A stretch of DNA of 64,000 bases from Macrostomum lignano (lineage: Eukaryota). The stretch spans positions 124,001 through 188,000 of the forward strand of contig NIVC01001376.1 in NCBI GenBank assembly GCA_002269645.1. Direction: 5' to 3'. The notes below the pieces were generated by a model. It was not told where the DNA came from and made no database searches. It saw only the letters and a program-made list of their open reading frames with translations. Position numbers and translations under genes: made by a program. Positions 61,160 to 64,000 of the stretch are shown here, piece by piece. How positions within the stretch are numbered: the stretch's first letter is position 1; each line of letters opens with the position of its first letter.

Positions 61160-63490
61160 ATAGAACCCTGGATCTCAACTCCAGAAACCTGGATCTTAAC
61201 ACCTACAACCTGAATCTCAACCCTAGGACCCTGAATCTCACAACCTAGAACCCTGGATCTCAACTCCAGAACCCTGGATCTTAACACCTACAACCTGAAT
61301 CTCAACCCTAGGACCCTGAATCTCACAACCTAGAACCCTGGATCTCAACTCCAGAACCATGGATCTTAACACCAACAACCCTGAATCTCACACCCTAGAA
61401 CTCTGGATCTCAATGCTAGAACACTGAATCTCACAGCCTAGAACCCTGGATCTCAATGCTAGAACACTGAATCTCAGCCTAGAACCCTGGATCTCTATGC
61501 TAGAACACTGAATCTCAGCCTAGAACCCTGGATCTCAATGCTAGAACACTGAATCTCACAGCCTAGATCCCTGGATCTCAATGTTAGAACACTGGATCTC
61601 AATGCTACAACACTGATTCTCACAGCCTAGATCATTGGATGTCAATGGTAGAACACTGGATCTCAATGCTAGAACACTGAATCTCACAGCCTAGATCCCT
61701 GGATCTCAATGCTAGAACACTGAATCTCAATGCTAGAACACTGAATCTCAATACTAGAACCCTGGATCTCAATGCTAGAACACTGAATCTCACAGCCTAG
61801 ATCCCTGGATCTCAATGCTAGAACACTGGATCTTAATGCTACAACACTGATTCTCACAGCCTAGATCATTGGATGTCAATGGTAGAACACTGGATCTCAA
61901 TGCTAGAACACTGAATCTCACAGCCTAGATCCCTGGATCTCAATGCTAGAACACTGAATCTCAATGCTAGAACACTGAATCTCAATACTAGAACCCTGGA
62001 TCTCAATGCTAGAACACTGAATCTCAGCCTAGATCCCTGGATCTCAATGCTAGAACACTGAAAGCCTAGATCCCTGGATCTCAATGCTAGAACACTGAAT
62101 CTCACAGCCTAGATCCCTGGATCTCAATGCTAGATCCCTGGATCTCACAGCCTAGACTAGATCCCTAAATCACACCCTAGAACCCTGAATCTCAACCCTA
62201 GAACCCTGGATCTCAATGCTAGAACACTGAATCTCACAGCCTAGATCTCTGGATCTCAATGCTAGAACACTGAATCTCACAGCCTAGATCCCTGGATCGC
62301 AATTCTAGAACACTGAATCTCACAGCCTAGATCCCTGGATCTCAATGCTAGAACACTGAATCTCACAGCCTAGATCCCTGGATCTCAATGCTAGAACACT
62401 GGATCTCAATGCTAGAACACTGAATCTCACAGCCTAGATCCCTGGATCTCAATGCTAGAACACTGGATCTCACAGCCTAGATCCCTGGATCGCAATGCTA
62501 GAACACTGGATCTCAATGCTAAAACACTGATTCTCACAGCCTAGATCCCTGGATCTCAATGCTAGAACACTGGATCTCAATGCTACAACACTGAATCTCA
62601 ACCCTAGAACCCTGGATCTCAATGCTAGAACACTGAAAGCCTAGATCCCTGGATCTCAATGCTAGAACACTGGATCTCAATGCTAGAACACTGAATCTCA
62701 CAGCCTAGATCCCTGGATCTCAATGCTAGAACACTGAATCTCACAGCCTAGATCCCTGGATCTCAATGCTAGAACACTGAATCTCAATGCTAGAAAACTG
62801 GATCTCAATGCTAGAACACTGAATCTCACAGCCTAGATCCCTGGATCTCAATGCTAGAACACTGGATCTCACAGCCTAGATCCCTGGATCGCAATGCTAG
62901 AACACTGGATCTCAATGCTAAAACACTGATTCTCACAGCCTAGATCCCTGGATCTCAATGCTAGAACACTGGATCTCAATGCTACAACACTGAATCTCAA
63001 CCCTAGAACCCTGGATCTCAATGCTAGAACACTGAAAGCCTAGATCCCTGGATCTCAATGCTAGATCCCTGGATCTCACAGCCTAGACTAGATCCCTAAA
63101 TCACACCCTAGAACCCTGAATCTCAACCCTAGAACCCTGGATCTCAATGCTAGAACACTGAATCTCACAGCCTAGATCCCTGGATCGCAATGCTAGAACA
63201 CTGAATCTCACAGCCTAGATCCCTGGATTTCAATACTAGAACACTGAATCTCACAGCCTAGATCCCTGGATCTCAATGCTAGAACACTAGATCTCAATGC
63301 TAGAACACTGGATCTCACAGCCTAGATCCGTAGATCACACCCTAGAACCATGGATCTCACAGCCTAGAACCCTGGATCTCACAGCCTAGAACCCTGGATC
63401 TCACAGCCTAGAACCCTGGATCTCACAGCCTTGAACCCTGGATCTCACAGCCTAGAATCCTGGATCTCAGTCCTAGAACCCTGGACCTCA
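61160..63490. repeat. ~2.3 kb 21-22-bp-subunit satellite with higher-order structure upstream of RNF14-A
   Basis: Alternating CTGGATCTCAATGCTAGAACA and CTGAATCTCACAGCCTAGATCC subunits. Confidence 0.96.
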
Positions 63491-64000
63491 ACCACTTTAC
63501 ATCAAGTATAAAGAAAATGAAAAGTCTCAACTACAAGAGTTTCAATAATAAATGTCGCAAGAAAAGCAGAAAAGGCCGTTAATAAACAAGAAATTGCTAT
63601 TGAATTTAATTGTGTGAAAACAGGATTGAAACAGTTACTGAGAGCCAAATGCATCAATTAGGAGTACCAGCTAAAGTGCCACCGGGTAGAATAGTCAAAC
63701 AAGTTTAAAAAAATGCACAATGAGTAGCTTTATAAGTTAGGATTGAGCACTTGCATAAATATTAGCACCGAAATTAACTGAATCAATTATAATAGCATCG
63801 ATGTGTGCACCAAATTATGAAAAACATACCTAAAAACAAGACATTAGAAAATAGTTTTGGACATTATCTAGGAAAATGTGTTGGGTTAGGAAGTACCTGA
63901 GGACAGAGTACATCTAAATATGGACAGCAGGCGCCTAAATATTCAAAAAGTACGCAAGGAAACGGAGGGTAGCTAAATTATCAAGAAAATACCTGAGGAC

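Overview
Eukaryotic (metazoan) genomic DNA with spliceosomal GT-AG introns; nothing prokaryotic. GC-rich, Gln/Ala-rich exons plus minisatellite-filled introns suggest a flatworm such as Macrostomum (inference only). I could assemble eight spliced, phase-consistent gene models by hand: 3' part of an alkaline phosphatase (+), a secreted PAN-like + ALK/LTK-type glycine-rich-domain protein with no kinase (+), PIKfyve/Fab1 (+, 13 exons), Nup35 (+), an animal alpha-amylase (+, 5 exons), a THEG-repeat (sperm/cilium microtubule-associated) protein (-, 4 exons) and two tandem RNF14-like RBR E3 ligases (-). Also present: a decayed tandem copy of the glycine-rich gene, an intronless catalytically dead M1 aminopeptidase relic nested antisense in a THEG intron, a degenerate Ty3/gypsy element, Tc1/IS630 fragments, three MITEs with exact 8-bp TSDs and tRNA-derived SINEs. 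The most striking structure is that from ~19 kb onward 22 of 23 coding-region introns each carry a tandem array, mostly a different 16-68 bp unit per intron, whereas introns in the first 8 kb lack minisatellites. One array family occurs inverted in PIKfyve introns 3 and 10, bracketing an in-frame 2832-nt exon block. Most long ORFs in the supplied track are translations of these repeats and are not genes. All coordinates were read by eye; repeat boundaries are approximate.
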